Below, in pieces: positions 61,891 through 64,000 of a stretch of 64,000 nucleotides of DNA (the stretch's first letter is position 1; every line of letters begins with the position of its first letter). This DNA is from Eledone cirrhosa (lineage: Eukaryota). The notes below the pieces were generated by a model. It had not been told where the DNA came from. It saw only the letters and a list, made by a program, of their open reading frames with translations, and did not search any database. The stretch spans positions 328,228,001-328,292,000 of the forward strand of contig OZ024741.1 in the NCBI GenBank assembly GCA_964016885.1. The letters are read 5' to 3'. A program made the translations under genes and the position numbers.

Positions 61891-62399
61891 TTTTTGTATT
61901 CATTTATTTATTTTATTTATATGCGTTCCAGCCGAGGGGCTGAGGTCATTTGCGTGTTTCATGTATAATTATATATAGAAATAATCAAATGCTAACTGAA
62001 AATGCACTTAATATATTTAATTAGAGTACAACATTTATGTTAAAAATCATATAGCTGACATTGAATCCAAGTTTCGAAAGTCATGTGTTAATCAGACGAA
62101 ATTTCAGTATCAATTCATAAATATAGACAGACTCGAAAATCTAGCGTTAATAGATAAGGGATCGTGTAAACACCTTTGAGTAAAACAGGCAAGTAAATAT
62201 TAATGGGAATAAAAGACGAAAAGTGGTAGTAAGAGAATATCAAATTAATGGCGTTTTTTTCTGCTTGTATTGTTTGTGGCTTGATTTCAATCTCACATAA
62301 GTGCACGCAATAAGGCACTCCCTGTTCACACTTAACAGTGCCACATATGCCAACACACACTCACACCACATATATATGCATATATATATATACATATGG

Positions 62400-63660
<1,261 letters not shown>

Positions 63661-64000
63661 AACATACATACATACATGTTGATAGCTGCCCCCTCGTTAT
63701 CGAGTATGGTCATTGCACGATACACCATTATTAATAATTATTAATTAATTCTATCGTGCAATAACTGTGCGTGATGATATTTTCTCAAGTGAGAAAAGAC
63801 AGTGCATTGAGCCAATCCCACTCTCTGAGCGAGAGTAGCTATAACCCGAAAAGAAGAAAAGATCAACATCATTGTTAACTACTGAGCCTCAGGTTTTATA
63901 TCAGAGTTATACCAGTTTCCTGAGTTGCCTTCGCCTAAAAGAATGCCCTGACAAAAGCTAGGGGTCCTTTACTCCCAGTGATATAACCGCGCGACCGGGT

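Overview
AT-rich, repeat-saturated eukaryotic DNA. It is probably an octopus or other cephalopod (inferred from SINE type, microsatellite load and TE mix), and I found no convincing host gene. Most of the short ORFs supplied are artefacts of (TA)n, (TG)n and (GA)n microsatellites. The window contains: (i) four co-oriented R4/Dong-like non-LTR retrotransposons (RT + CCHC + restriction-like endonuclease, (TAA)n tails) at 27.5-43.25 kb, one nested in another with a 46-bp target duplication; (ii) a 5'-truncated RTE-like LINE with a PHD-like finger; (iii) several Penelope-like element (PLE, GIY-YIG) fragments; (iv) a decayed mariner; (v) many tRNA-derived SINEs whose TSDs start with ATTAT. The main hidden signal is a dense set of type-I hammerhead ribozyme motifs from about nine unrelated families, found by eye on both strands and mostly in (TA)n tracts. 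They include a ~433-bp non-coding tandem/inverted unit resembling a retrozyme, families that repeatedly carry non-canonical cores (CAGAAGA, CCGAnGA) or GUU/CUU cleavage triplets, and long palindromes that appear to fold back at hammerhead helices. All folds were paired manually; none was computed or assayed.
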